A stretch of DNA of 64,000 bases from Patescibacteria group bacterium (GTDB lineage Bacteria > Patescibacteriota > Doudnabacteria > UBA920 > O2-02-FULL-48-8). The stretch covers positions 30,152 through 94,151 of the forward strand of contig DASUKB010000002.1 in the NCBI GenBank assembly GCA_036278915.1, read 5' to 3'. The notes beneath the pieces were generated by a model. It was given only the letters and a program-made list of their open reading frames with translations, was not told the DNA's origin and made no database searches. Both the position numbers and the translations under genes were made by a program. Shown piece after piece: positions 9,794-18,457 of this stretch (position 1 is its first letter; each line of letters begins with the position of its first letter).

Positions 9794-11560
9794 ATGAGTA
9801 CGAGCATGCGAATTATGATTAACAAACGCATCGCAGGCGTAGCTGTCCGGGAAAAACCGCAAACACAGCCACAGCCGCAACGAACCGATTCCAAAAATAC
9901 GCTCCGGGTTATTCCCTTGGGCGGTATTGAAGAAGTCGGCGAAAATATGACCATTATGGAGTATGGTGACGATATCCTGGTCATAGACATGGGTCTCGGC
10001 TTCCCCGACGAAACCATGCCCGGGATTGACTACATCATCCCCAACACCAAGTATCTGGAAGATAACAAAAAAAGGATTAAGGGCGTCATCATCACGCACG
10101 GTCACTTGGACCATATCGGCGCCATTCCTTATATCTTGCCCAAAATCGGCGATCCGCCAATTTATACCATGAAGTTAACCGGCGAGCTTATCAAAAAGCG
10201 GCTGGAGGAGTTTCATCTCCTGGGACGTTCCCAAATTCATGAACTAAATAAAGACGACGTACTGACCCTGGGTAATTTCCGCATCCGATTTTTCCGGATC
10301 AACCACAACATTCCCGATGGCGTGGGATTGGCCATCAACACCCCGGCCGGCCTGCTGGTTTACGCGACAGACTGGAAATTCGACCATACGCCTGTAGACG
10401 GACGTCCGACAGAATTTGACAAACTGGCAAAATTTGGCGGCGAAGGCGTGGCGCTTTTGATGAGCGATTCCACCAACGCCGAAAAACCCGGCTATTCCAT
10501 GTCGGAAAAAACTCTTGGCGATACCATTGACCGCATTATGCAGGACGCCAAAGGACGAGTGATCTTTGCCACCTTCTCCACGCTTATTTCCCGCGTGCAG
10601 CAGGTCATAGATGCCGCGTACAAGACCAACCGCAAAATCGTGGTTACCGGCAGATCTCTTGTAAATAACGTGGAAATCTGTCTGGCCACCAATTACCTCA
10701 AAATGCCGGCCAAGGGCATGATCATAAAAATGGAACAGGCCCGCAAACTTCCGGACAACCAGGTCGTGATCCTCACCACCGGGTCGCAAGGCGAAGAGGC
10801 TTCGGCTTTGGCCCGCATTGCGCGCAATGAGCACAAGACCATAGAAATTAAGAAGGGCGACACCTGCGTGGTGTCTGCATCTCCTATTCCGGGAAACGAA
10901 CGCGCGATTTCTTCCATACTTTCTTCTCTAGCCCGCCAAGGCGCCAAGGTTTTGTACCAGAAAATTCTGGACATCCACACCTCGGGCCACGCCTACCAGG
11001 AAGATTTGAAGCTGATGATTTCCCTGACCAAGCCCAAGTACTTTATGCCGATTCACGGCGAGCATCACATGCTTTTGGCTCACTCGGAATTGGCCAAGGC
11101 TGTGGGCGTGCCGGACCAGAACATCTTCACTCTGGACAACGGCCAGCAGCTGGAACTCACGGACCGTGGCGTGCGCGTGGCAGATGCCAAAATCCCCACT
11201 GGCTACGTGTTCGTGGACGGGCTCGGCGTGGGTGACGTAGGCGAAGTCGTATTGCGCGATCGCCAGGTTATGAGCAAAGACGGTATGTTTGTCATCATTA
11301 TGACTATCGATAAAAGAACCGGTAAACTTACTCAACAGCCTGACATTATTTCGCGCGGCTTCATCTACATGAAAGGTTCCGAAGATCTGCTTAAGGAAGT
11401 CAAGCACGAAGTGCGCAAAGTCGTGGAGACCAAATCCAAAGGGCCATCTGAACCCAACTGGGCGTTCATCCGCTCGGAAGTCCGCGATTCAGTCGGCGAA
11501 TTCCTGTTCCAAAGGACCGAACGTCGTCCAATGATTCTTCCAGTTATAATTGAGGTCTAA
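9794..11560 (+). CDS. rnj: Ribonuclease J (metallo-beta-lactamase / beta-CASP RNase)
   Basis: HGHLDH motif (ITHGHLDHIGAIPYI), beta-CASP region and C-terminal domain; about 35-aa N-terminal extension, so the true start may be an internal Met (9806). Confidence 0.9.
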   Translation: MSTSMRIMINKRIAGVAVREKPQTQPQPQRTDSKNTLRVIPLGGIEEVGENMTIMEYGDDILVIDMGLGFPDETMPGIDYIIPNTKYLEDNKKRIKGVIITHGHLDHIGAIPYILPKIGDPPIYTMKLTGELIKKRLEEFHLLGRSQIHELNKDDVLTLGNFRIRFFRINHNIPDGVGLAINTPAGLLVYATDWKFDHTPVDGRPTEFDKLAKFGGEGVALLMSDSTNAEKPGYSMSEKTLGDTIDRIMQDAKGRVIFATFSTLISRVQQVIDAAYKTNRKIVVTGRSLVNNVEICLATNYLKMPAKGMIIKMEQARKLPDNQVVILTTGSQGEEASALARIARNEHKTIEIKKGDTCVVSASPIPGNERAISSILSSLARQGAKVLYQKILDIHTSGHAYQEDLKLMISLTKPKYFMPIHGEHHMLLAHSELAKAVGVPDQNIFTLDNGQQLELTDRGVRVADAKIPTGYVFVDGLGVGDVGEVVLRDRQVMSKDGMFVIIMTIDKRTGKLTQQPDIISRGFIYMKGSEDLLKEVKHEVRKVVETKSKGPSEPNWAFIRSEVRDSVGEFLFQRTERRPMILPVIIEV

Positions 11561-11568
11561 TCGTAACT

Positions 11569-11606
11569 CCCCCTACCCCCTCTTATCCTAAGAGGGGGTT
11601 TTGTTT
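11569..11606 (+). repeat. Intergenic copy of the palindromic element: ctcccccta-ccccctctta-tcc-taagaggggg followed by TTTTGTTT. It doubles as the terminator-like hairpin after rnj.
   Basis: Arms at 11576..11585 and 11589..11598 match uvrC copy 2 exactly. The 5' module cccccta-ccccctctt parallels the valS copy cccccaa-ccccctctt. Confidence 0.7.
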
Positions 11607-11727
11607 CAATGCGGCCGCACGAAAAATAGGTTTGCGTATACGCAAACTCAATACTGAATTAAAAAATAAGAGCTACGGGTCGGTTTATCCCGACACCCGG
11701 AAAAATGTCGTCGGAATTTGACGCGAG
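11607..11727 (+). repeat. Left copy of a roughly 45-nt direct repeat (caatgcggccgcacgaaaaat ... gtcgtcggaatttgacgcgag), interrupted by a 73-nt insert (11628..11700) bounded by a gaaaaat duplication
   Basis: The uninterrupted right copy at 12549..12590 reads caatgcggccgcatgaaaaat-tta-gtcagaattcgacgcgag. The insert carries a 16-bp perfect palindrome tttgcgtatacgcaaa (11631..11646). Confidence 0.6.
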
Positions 11728-11866
11728 CTTATGTGTTGCGAAGAATGTTTTTCCCTTCGCAAATATAAGGCAGTTAGCGAGCAAGAAATTCCGGGACATT
11801 TTTCCCGTGTCGCCAATTTTTGGCGCCACCTTTTGTTTGGCACAAAAGGTGGCAAAATGGTCAACG

Positions 11867-11915
11867 CAAACTCAATAGTTAAGTATTGAGTTAAAAAATA
11901 AGACCGCGAGGTCCG
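11867..11915 (-). terminator. Intrinsic terminator for the small Cys-rich gene pair. On the minus strand it reads ccgcgcggtcctaacggacctcgcgg followed by TCTTATTTTTT.
   Basis: GC hairpin plus U-run immediately after the stop at 11916. The module acgcaaactcaata...ttaaaaaataaga also occurs at 11641..11675. Confidence 0.5.
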
Positions 11916-12250
11916 TTAGGACCGCGCGGCTTTCTTCTTCGGGTGGATCTTGCCTGAGTTGCTGTACATGAGTTTGCAGGACTTGCAGTACGTCTCGGTA
12001 CTGACTACGGCTCTCATCGGATTCGAACCACCGATACGCATCTCGTATATACTCACAGCCAATTCGTACTCAGTCCGAGTGACTCGTACCACTTCTCCGC
12101 CACAACTGCATTCGCCCACTATCTTGCGAGTGGTGCGTGGCTTGTAGCGCTCCTCTTCTTCTTTACGGCGCTTCTCCGCTGCTTTCCGAAACGCAGCATC
12201 GAATTTACCTTGAAGCTGTTTCAGTACGTCCTCAGGCAACTTCTTAGGCA
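11916..12250 (-). CDS. Hypothetical small basic zinc-ribbon protein (about 111 aa from MPKKLPEDV; CSCGG...CKSC)
   Basis: Probable start at the ATG at 12248..12250, preceded by GAGGAGG and overlapping the upstream ORF stop (TGATG). The ORF track extends it to 12287 with an alternative start. Confidence 0.45.
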
Positions 12251-12417
12251 TCACTCCTCCTCGGGATTGCAGGTCGGGCACAGGCACTCAACTTCTTTCC
12301 AAATCATAGGATCCACGGAAATTATTGCCGGAACCGTGAAGGAACAGTTGTGCTCGCCTTCCTCACAACTGTCGCATATGGCCGACTCAATTGCCGACAG
12401 TACCTCAGCTTTGTGCA
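12250..12417 (-). CDS. Hypothetical Cys-rich mini-protein, 55 aa (MHKAEVLSAIESAICDSCEEGEHNCSFTVPAIISVDPMIWKEVECLCPTCNPEEE)
   Basis: Below the 60-aa cut-off of the ORF track. It has 7 Cys in CxxC-like pairs, and its stop overlaps the start of the downstream gene, suggesting translational coupling. A 20-aa uORF with a strong AAGGAGGGGG SD lies just upstream. Confidence 0.35.
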
Positions 12418-12548
12418 TCACAATCCACTCCCTCGTGGGCTGGCCATTTTTCGCTCATTACTCTCATGCCCCCTCCTTGCGATTGAGGTAATCCTAACCA
12501 ATATTCCAGTTTGCTGTCAAAGCCCACCTTTCAAGGAAGATTTCTTTT

Positions 12549-12590
12549 GTTTTGGTCTCAATGCGGCCGCATGAAAAATTTAGTCAGAAT
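12549..12590 (+). repeat. Right copy of the roughly 45-nt direct repeat (caatgcggccgcatgaaaaat-tta-gtcagaattcgacgcgag) bracketing the Cys-rich gene pair
   Basis: Near-identical to 11607..11627 plus 11707..11727 (2-3 mismatches). Confidence 0.6.
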
Positions 12591-12687
12591 TCGACGCGAG
12601 ACGATAGGTTGCGACTTTCTTTTGATTTCTTTTCTTTCCTAGAAAGAAAAGAAATAGGAACATAAAGGAGTTATTGATTAAGTAAAA

Positions 12688-13689
12688 ATGAGCTATAATA
12701 TACCCATGTCAAAAGAACGGATTGTTTCGGGAATCCAACCCACAGGTGAACTGCATATAGGCAACTACTTGGGCAGCCTCAAGAACTTTGTCGAACTTCA
12801 GGACAAATTTGAGTGCTTCTTTTTTGTCGCAGATTTACATTCTTTGACCGAAGACTTTGAGCCTGGCAAAGCCAAAGCAGAACAGATCCGCAATTTGGTC
12901 AAAACAATGCTCGCCGCAGGCCTCAACCCGGATAAGTGCACGATATTTATACAATCCCAAGTCCCTGCCCACACGGAACTGGCTTGGATTTTCAATACCC
13001 TGCTTCCCATGGGCGAACTGGAACGCATGACCCAGTACAAAGACAAGGCCGCCAGGCAATCAACAAACGTAAACGTGGGACTTTTCGATTACCCGGTGCT
13101 CCAGGCCGCAGACATTTTAATTTATAAACCAGCTTACGTGCCGGTGGGACACGACCAAATGCAGCATCTGGAACTGACCAACACACTCGCCCGCAAATTC
13201 AACCACAAGTTCGGCGAAACTTTCACAGAAATCAAGCCTTACGTCAGTAAGCCGGTGCGGGTAATGAGTTTGTCCGATCCGACCCGCAAGATGAGTAAAT
13301 CCGAACCTGGATCTTTCATAAATATGTTTGATACACCGGAAGAAATCCACAAAAAATTATCCCGCGCAGTCACTGCCACTGATGCGCCGGAAGGTGAGAT
13401 GCCCAAAGGCGTGAAGAATTTATTTGACCTCTTGCTTGAATTCGGAAAGCAGGAGGCGTATGATGATTTCATCAAGCAATACCAAAGCGGCAGCATCAAA
13501 TACGCGGAATTGAAAGAAGCCCTAAGCCAGGCAATTGCCCTATATTTCCAACCAATGCGCGAAATGCGGAAACAGTTAGACACACAAACCAAGCAGATTG
13601 ACCAGATTATTACCGAAGGCAGCCGCAAAGCCTGCGCTTTTGCCCAATCGACAATTAACGAAGTGAAAGCAAAAATAGGGTTGGTCTAA
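12688..13689 (+). CDS. trpS: Tryptophanyl-tRNA synthetase
   Basis: Class I motifs (GELHIGNYLG ~ HIGH; KMSKSEPGS ~ KMSKS), 333 aa. Confidence 0.92.
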   Translation: MSYNIPMSKERIVSGIQPTGELHIGNYLGSLKNFVELQDKFECFFFVADLHSLTEDFEPGKAKAEQIRNLVKTMLAAGLNPDKCTIFIQSQVPAHTELAWIFNTLLPMGELERMTQYKDKAARQSTNVNVGLFDYPVLQAADILIYKPAYVPVGHDQMQHLELTNTLARKFNHKFGETFTEIKPYVSKPVRVMSLSDPTRKMSKSEPGSFINMFDTPEEIHKKLSRAVTATDAPEGEMPKGVKNLFDLLLEFGKQEAYDDFIKQYQSGSIKYAELKEALSQAIALYFQPMREMRKQLDTQTKQIDQIITEGSRKACAFAQSTINEVKAKIGLV

Positions 13690-13740
13690 AGATACCTCCA
13701 GATAACATCAAAAGGTATTTTTCATTTCCAAGGGGGGCCA

Positions 13741-14130
13741 ATGTTAATGTTTGCATTCGTGGAATTTCCGGACTGCAATGCTCAGGAGGGGCATGGCTCA
13801 TTTGTAGCACGGCAACTCAACCGCTTTCTGCACGAACCCTTCTACTATCCCGAATGGGAGCAGCGAGGCATCACGCAAAACAGATTCCGCTACAGCTGGT
13901 GGCGGCCGGAGCATCCGACCACGCTCAATCTGGGATTCGAAATCAACCCGGACTCAGAAGCCATTCGGGTGAAGCTCGTTTGGCTGCGGGAGCTGTTTCC
14001 CGGCGCACTGCGGGCCCAGATCTTTTCTCCGGAATTGGGCATTCCAACCGGAGCGGAAATACAGCCGCGCAGATCCACGCCTGCGGAGGTGATCCCGATC
14101 GCGAATTTTCGCAAACGGCAGGTTGCATAG
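13741..14130 (+). CDS. Hypothetical protein (129 aa, Trp/Arg-rich) in a locally GC-rich (about 60%) segment
   Basis: Good SD (aagggggg, 8 nt before the ATG) and a downstream bidirectional terminator. No recognisable family, and several overlapping ORFs on both strands, so coding status is uncertain. Confidence 0.35.
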   Translation: MLMFAFVEFPDCNAQEGHGSFVARQLNRFLHEPFYYPEWEQRGITQNRFRYSWWRPEHPTTLNLGFEINPDSEAIRVKLVWLRELFPGALRAQIFSPELGIPTGAEIQPRRSTPAEVIPIANFRKRQVA

Positions 14131-14143
14131 AATGCATCCAAAC

Positions 14144-14182
14144 AAAAAAAGCGGCCGTCTTCCACAGACGACCGCTTTTTTC
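14144..14182. terminator. Bidirectional intrinsic terminator: AAAAAAA-gcggccgtct-tccac-agacgaccgc-TTTTTT
   Basis: 10-bp stem (one mismatch) flanked by A- and T-runs between convergent genes. Confidence 0.6.
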
Positions 14183-14199
14183 TTATTATGAAATCTAAA

Positions 14200-15585
14200 T
14201 TATCCTATAAATCGCAGGACCTCTTCCGTCGCAGATAGCAAGACTTTGGGATTTTTGGCTTCAACATTGGTACGGATGAGCGGTTCGGTATTGGATCCGC
14301 GGATGTTTGCCCGCCAGTCCTGCCCTTCTATGGAGATGCCATCGGTTTTGTCGAGTTTGACTTTGGGGTCCGCGGCAAAGTGCTGTTCAATTTTTTCAAG
14401 CAGAGGTTTGACCTGTTCTAGGTCAGAAGCTTTCGTATTGATTTCGCCGGACACCGGGTAATTTTCAAAATATTCATCGAACAGTTCAGACACACGCACA
14501 CCTGCCTGTGAGACAATCTCAAGCATGATCAAAAATGGTATGAGACCGTTGTCGGATGAGAAATAATCGCGGAAATAATAATGACCGGAAGTTTCCGAGG
14601 CAAACACGGCATTGTCTTTGCGCATTTCGGGGTTAAAGTACGCCCGCCCCGCTTTGATAGCCATTGTTTTGCCGCCAGAGGCTTTGACTTTGTCTTCTAT
14701 AGCCCACCGCAGACGAATGTCGTGGACAATAGTTGCTCCCGGCTCGCGTTTGCAAAAATATTCGGAAAGCACAGCGCTCACATAATACGGCGGCAGAAAT
14801 CTGCCATTTTCGTCGAAGAAAAAGCAGCGGTCCGCGTCCGCGTCCCAGGCCACACCCAGATCCGGATGTTCTTTTTGAATAACCTCTTTGGTTTCTTGCT
14901 GGTTTTGGACCTGCAAAGGGTCAGGCTGGCCTTTGGGAAAATTGCCATCCGGGTTTTCGTTGAGTTCAATAAGTTTAACAGGCAAATTCATGTGCGCCAC
15001 CTGCGTGAGCGCCAGGCCGAACATGGCATTGGCCACAACTTTAAGCGGCTTTCCGCCAGAGGCGGATCCGCCTTTGGCGGAAATTTTTGCCACGTCCACA
15101 AATGACAGACATTTTTTGATATAATCATCGGCGATGTTTTTGGACGAAACAGTTCCAGGCTGATCGGCTTTGTATTCGTAACCCATGATGACCGAATTCT
15201 TGATATCACCAATGCCAGTGTCGCCGGAAATGGGAATTGCCTGCTCGCGGGTAAGCTTCATGCCGTTGTACTCTTTGGGATTGTGCGAAGCGGAAATTAT
15301 AATACCGCCGTCATAGCCATAATTGGCCACGGCAAAGTAGAGCATGTCCGTAGAGATCATGCCAATGTCCACGACATTTACCCCGTGGTCTACCAGACCC
15401 TGCTTGGCTGCCTCAAACAGCGCCGGGCTTGAGGTGCGTACGTCAAACCCCAGGGCTACTGTTTTGGGATTGAGGAATTTGGCATAGGCTTGCGCAATGC
15501 CGTAGGCCAGCTCTTCGTTGATTTCCGACGGGTAAATCCCGCGGATATCGTAAGCCTTGAAAATTTTTGGATCAACTGCACTCAT
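14200..15585 (-). CDS. Phosphoglucomutase / phosphomannomutase (alpha-D-phosphohexomutase family)
   Basis: Active-site serine loop ISASHNPKEYNGMK and four-domain PGM/PMM layout, 461 aa. Confidence 0.88.
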   Translation of the reverse strand: MSAVDPKIFKAYDIRGIYPSEINEELAYGIAQAYAKFLNPKTVALGFDVRTSSPALFEAAKQGLVDHGVNVVDIGMISTDMLYFAVANYGYDGGIIISASHNPKEYNGMKLTREQAIPISGDTGIGDIKNSVIMGYEYKADQPGTVSSKNIADDYIKKCLSFVDVAKISAKGGSASGGKPLKVVANAMFGLALTQVAHMNLPVKLIELNENPDGNFPKGQPDPLQVQNQQETKEVIQKEHPDLGVAWDADADRCFFFDENGRFLPPYYVSAVLSEYFCKREPGATIVHDIRLRWAIEDKVKASGGKTMAIKAGRAYFNPEMRKDNAVFASETSGHYYFRDYFSSDNGLIPFLIMLEIVSQAGVRVSELFDEYFENYPVSGEINTKASDLEQVKPLLEKIEQHFAADPKVKLDKTDGISIEGQDWRANIRGSNTEPLIRTNVEAKNPKVLLSATEEVLRFIG

Positions 15586-15633
15586 ACGGATACTCTACCA
15601 AAAAAAACAAACTTTTGCTAGAATGAAAACCAT

Positions 15634-16191
15634 ATGAGGCCAAATTTAGAAAATAGCTACGTTGAAAGAATAGATCGCCACCGCGAGCAAAAAGACGCAA
15701 AGCCGACTGGCGGTCCCGCCGAAGAGCTTGTGGCTAAATTTAACAACACCGTATCCGGATTGGAAACTAGATTTTCGACCAAGGAAGAAGATAAGGGTCC
15801 TGAGATTGGAGGCCGCCAAACTGTTGATCTCGTATCATATCTTGAGAAGAAACCCGCTCTAGCCATTCAAATCACAACCAATACCGAGAAAGGCGTTATC
15901 AAGAAAAAACTGGAAGAGATAAGTCAGCATCCGTTTATTCGTTTGGAAGAGATGGCCAAAGGAGATACTGCCATACCAAAAGTTTTGGTATATCTGGATG
16001 CCCAAGCCGTCCGCGATTTCGCGAATGACCCAGACTTTAGCAAACATCCGGAAGTGGCACTTCAGATTATCAAAAGCTATTATAATAGTCTAAAATTTTC
16101 ATTGACCCAAACCAAGAATCCGCTCGAACAAAAAGCGATTAAACAATTAATGGAAATGTTTGAGCAGGAAAAGAAAAAATACCTCCACTAA
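15634..16191 (+). CDS. Hypothetical protein (185 aa, charged, no recognisable domain)
   Basis: Clean ORF in a gap between flanking genes. Confidence 0.45.
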   Translation: MRPNLENSYVERIDRHREQKDAKPTGGPAEELVAKFNNTVSGLETRFSTKEEDKGPEIGGRQTVDLVSYLEKKPALAIQITTNTEKGVIKKKLEEISQHPFIRLEEMAKGDTAIPKVLVYLDAQAVRDFANDPDFSKHPEVALQIIKSYYNSLKFSLTQTKNPLEQKAIKQLMEMFEQEKKKYLH

Positions 16192-16194
16192 CTT

Positions 16195-17259
16195 ATGTCA
16201 TTTTCTGTCGGAATCGTGGGGCTGCCGAATGTCGGCAAATCCACACTATTTAACGCCCTCACCAAACAAGCTGCAGCAGCATCAAACTTTCCCTTCACCA
16301 CGATAGACCCAAACGTAGGCGTAATTAACGTACCCGACGAACGCATCGAAAAACTGGCCAAGCTCGAAAATTCCGCCAAGCTTGTGCCAGCCACCATAGA
16401 ATTTGTAGATATCGCAGGGCTGGTCAAAGGCGCAGCCGAAGGCGCGGGCTTGGGCAATAAATTCCTGTCGCACATCCGTGAGGTGGATGCAATCATCCAG
16501 GTCGTGCGATTTTTTGGAAACAAAGACATTATCCACGTGGACGGATCCGTGGATCCCTCGCGCGACATAGAAGTTATAAATACCGAACTTATGCTCGCGG
16601 ATATGTCCACGGTGGCCAAGCGTTTGGAAAGCCTGCAAAAAGAGATCAAAGGCGGCAACAAAGAAGCTGTGGTACTCAAAGGAGCTTTGGAGAAAATTAA
16701 AACAGCGCTAGATGCAGGCCAATTGGCCCGAACCGTTGCCCTGACTGATGACGAAACTAAACAAGTCAAAAATCTTTCGCTGCTTACCATGAAGCCAACT
16801 CTATATGTAGCTAACACTGAGGGCTCCAATTTTTCCCTTCCCCCTTCCCCCTTCCCCCTTGAGTTCCTGCCAATCGACGTGAAAATCGAATCCGAACTGG
16901 CAGAATTGGCAGACGAAGAGCGCGCCGAATATATGCAGGAGTTGGGCATCACCGAATCCGGCCTCGACCGTTTGGCCAAGGCTGCTTACAAACTTCTCAA
17001 CCTCATTACCTACTTTACGGCTGGCCCCATAGAATCCAAGGCTTGGACTATTACCGCTGGCACCAAAGCCCCGCAAGCCGCAGGAGTAATCCACACTGAC
17101 TTTGAAAAAGGATTTATACGCGCGGAAATCATCCAGTGGAATAAACTCCTGGAAGCTGGAAGCTACGCTTCTGCCCGCGACAAAGGCTGGCTGCGAGTGG
17201 AGGGCAAGGAATATGCCATGCAAGACGGCGACGTGGCCCATTTCCGAGTAAACGCATAA
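16195..17259 (+). CDS. ychF: Ribosome-binding ATPase YchF (Obg-like GTPase with C-terminal TGS domain)
   Basis: G1 GLPNVGKST, FTTIDPNVG, DIAGLVKGA, C-terminal TGS; contains a low-complexity (TTCCCCC)x3 insert encoding FSLPPSPFPL. Confidence 0.9.
   Translation: MSFSVGIVGLPNVGKSTLFNALTKQAAAASNFPFTTIDPNVGVINVPDERIEKLAKLENSAKLVPATIEFVDIAGLVKGAAEGAGLGNKFLSHIREVDAIIQVVRFFGNKDIIHVDGSVDPSRDIEVINTELMLADMSTVAKRLESLQKEIKGGNKEAVVLKGALEKIKTALDAGQLARTVALTDDETKQVKNLSLLTMKPTLYVANTEGSNFSLPPSPFPLEFLPIDVKIESELAELADEERAEYMQELGITESGLDRLAKAAYKLLNLITYFTAGPIESKAWTITAGTKAPQAAGVIHTDFEKGFIRAEIIQWNKLLEAGSYASARDKGWLRVEGKEYAMQDGDVAHFRVNA
16829..16858 (+). repeat. Tandem heptamer (TTCCCCC)x3 preceded by ttccc, in frame inside ychF
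   Basis: tcccttcccccttcccccttcccccttgag read directly; it may be a decayed relative of the CCCCCTCTT palindromic element. Confidence 0.6.
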
Positions 17260-17261
17260 TT

Positions 17262-17831
17262 ATGCCCTTAGATATTGGACTCGGAATCTTTGCAAGTATT
17301 CTGATCAGTAAGATTTTTGGCGTGGGCTTAAGCACCACTCTCCTCATTTTCGGAATTGTTTCTTCCCTGCTCCTCGATTTGGATTTTATAATCTTTAAAT
17401 TTAAAGCAAACCATAAAAATGAGGATGACGCCAGGCATCGGGACTTGCTTCATTACCCTATTTTCTTTTTAATCGTTGGTTTAATAATAACTCTCTTTTC
17501 TAAGTCGTTTGGTACTTTATTCCTAGTTGGTACTTTGGGGCATCTGCTGCACGACAGCGTAGGTTTAGGCTGGGGCATTCAATGGCTCTATCCGTTCAAT
17601 AAAAACTACTTTACTTTTTTCTACCGTTACCAGCCCCGAGATCGCGAACAATTCCAGAAAAAATGGTTTTACAATGATACTCCCGAAGAGCAAAGAGCTT
17701 TGGCTGAGAAATACGGCATCAAGGATTGGATGCAAGAAATATACCTTCGCATGCACCCGTATGCAATAGTCGAATTTCTGGTCTTTATTGCCGCTGTTAT
17801 CGCACTGCTTTATGTGAAAATTAAGTCTTGA
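17262..17831 (+). CDS. Membrane-bound metal-dependent hydrolase, YdjM/DUF457-like
   Basis: Multi-TM protein with HLLHDSVGLGWGIQWLYPF His motifs typical of the family. Confidence 0.55.
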   Translation: MPLDIGLGIFASILISKIFGVGLSTTLLIFGIVSSLLLDLDFIIFKFKANHKNEDDARHRDLLHYPIFFLIVGLIITLFSKSFGTLFLVGTLGHLLHDSVGLGWGIQWLYPFNKNYFTFFYRYQPRDREQFQKKWFYNDTPEEQRALAEKYGIKDWMQEIYLRMHPYAIVEFLVFIAAVIALLYVKIKS

Positions 17832-17918
17832 CCAAAAGCCTAAATCTTGCTAAAATAGCCCAGTTACAACTAAATATTAACTCATTTTCGTCCGGCAATT
17901 GACCGGGTGATAGGAAAG

Positions 17919-18386
17919 GAATTTCTTATGCCAAAATATGAGCTGATGTACATACTTTCTTCAGCCGTATCCGACAACGACGCCCCGAGCATTTCTGCGG
18001 AAGTAGATAAATTTATCACCGACAACGGCGGTAAAATTCTCTCCACCGAAATGATGGGCAAGAAAAAATTGGCGTATCCAATTAAGAAAACCCGGAACGG
18101 TTTTTATATTTTAACGACTTTCAACTTTGAAGGTCCGAAGATTGGCTCATTGGAAAACAAAATTCGCTCCCAGGAGGCGATCATTCGCTTTATCGTCGTC
18201 AACTTGGAAGAGCAGGAACGTCGCGCGGCCAAGGACTCGGCTATCCAGGCCAAAATGAAGCTCTCGCGCAAACCGCGTCCCGAAACAACACCGGATGCTC
18301 CGGCGGAAGCTCCTATAAACCTTTCGGAAACAGAGCTTGAGAAAAAAATCGAACAGGCTCTGGAATCCGAAGACCTATCAAAATAG
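17919..18386 (+). CDS. rpsF: 30S ribosomal protein S6 (start probably MPKYE at 17919)
   Basis: MPKYELMYIL...KKLAYPI...GFYILTTF S6 signature; rpsF-ssb-rpsR synteny. Confidence 0.85.
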   Translation, partial: EFLMPKYELMYILSSAVSDNDAPSISAEVDKFITDNGGKILSTEMMGKKKLAYPIKKTRNGFYILTTFNFEGPKIGSLENKIRSQEAIIRFIVVNLEEQERRAAKDSAIQAKMKLSRKPRPETTPDAPAEAPINLSETELEKKIEQALESEDLSK

Positions 18387-18457
18387 ATGATAGTTGGCAG
18401 GTGGTAGATTTTAGAGTTATACTACCAATTGCTAACTATTAATTACTAACTAATTTT

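Noticed and set aside
13741-14130. Possibility that the GC-rich segment is RNase P RNA (P4-like GGAAUUUCCGGACU and ACAGAUUCCGC strings)
   Set aside because: The two P4-like strings are only about 115 nt apart, whereas in RNase P RNA they are separated by about 300 nt. No P15, P18 or other conserved modules were seen. Kept only as an unexplained GC-rich ORF.
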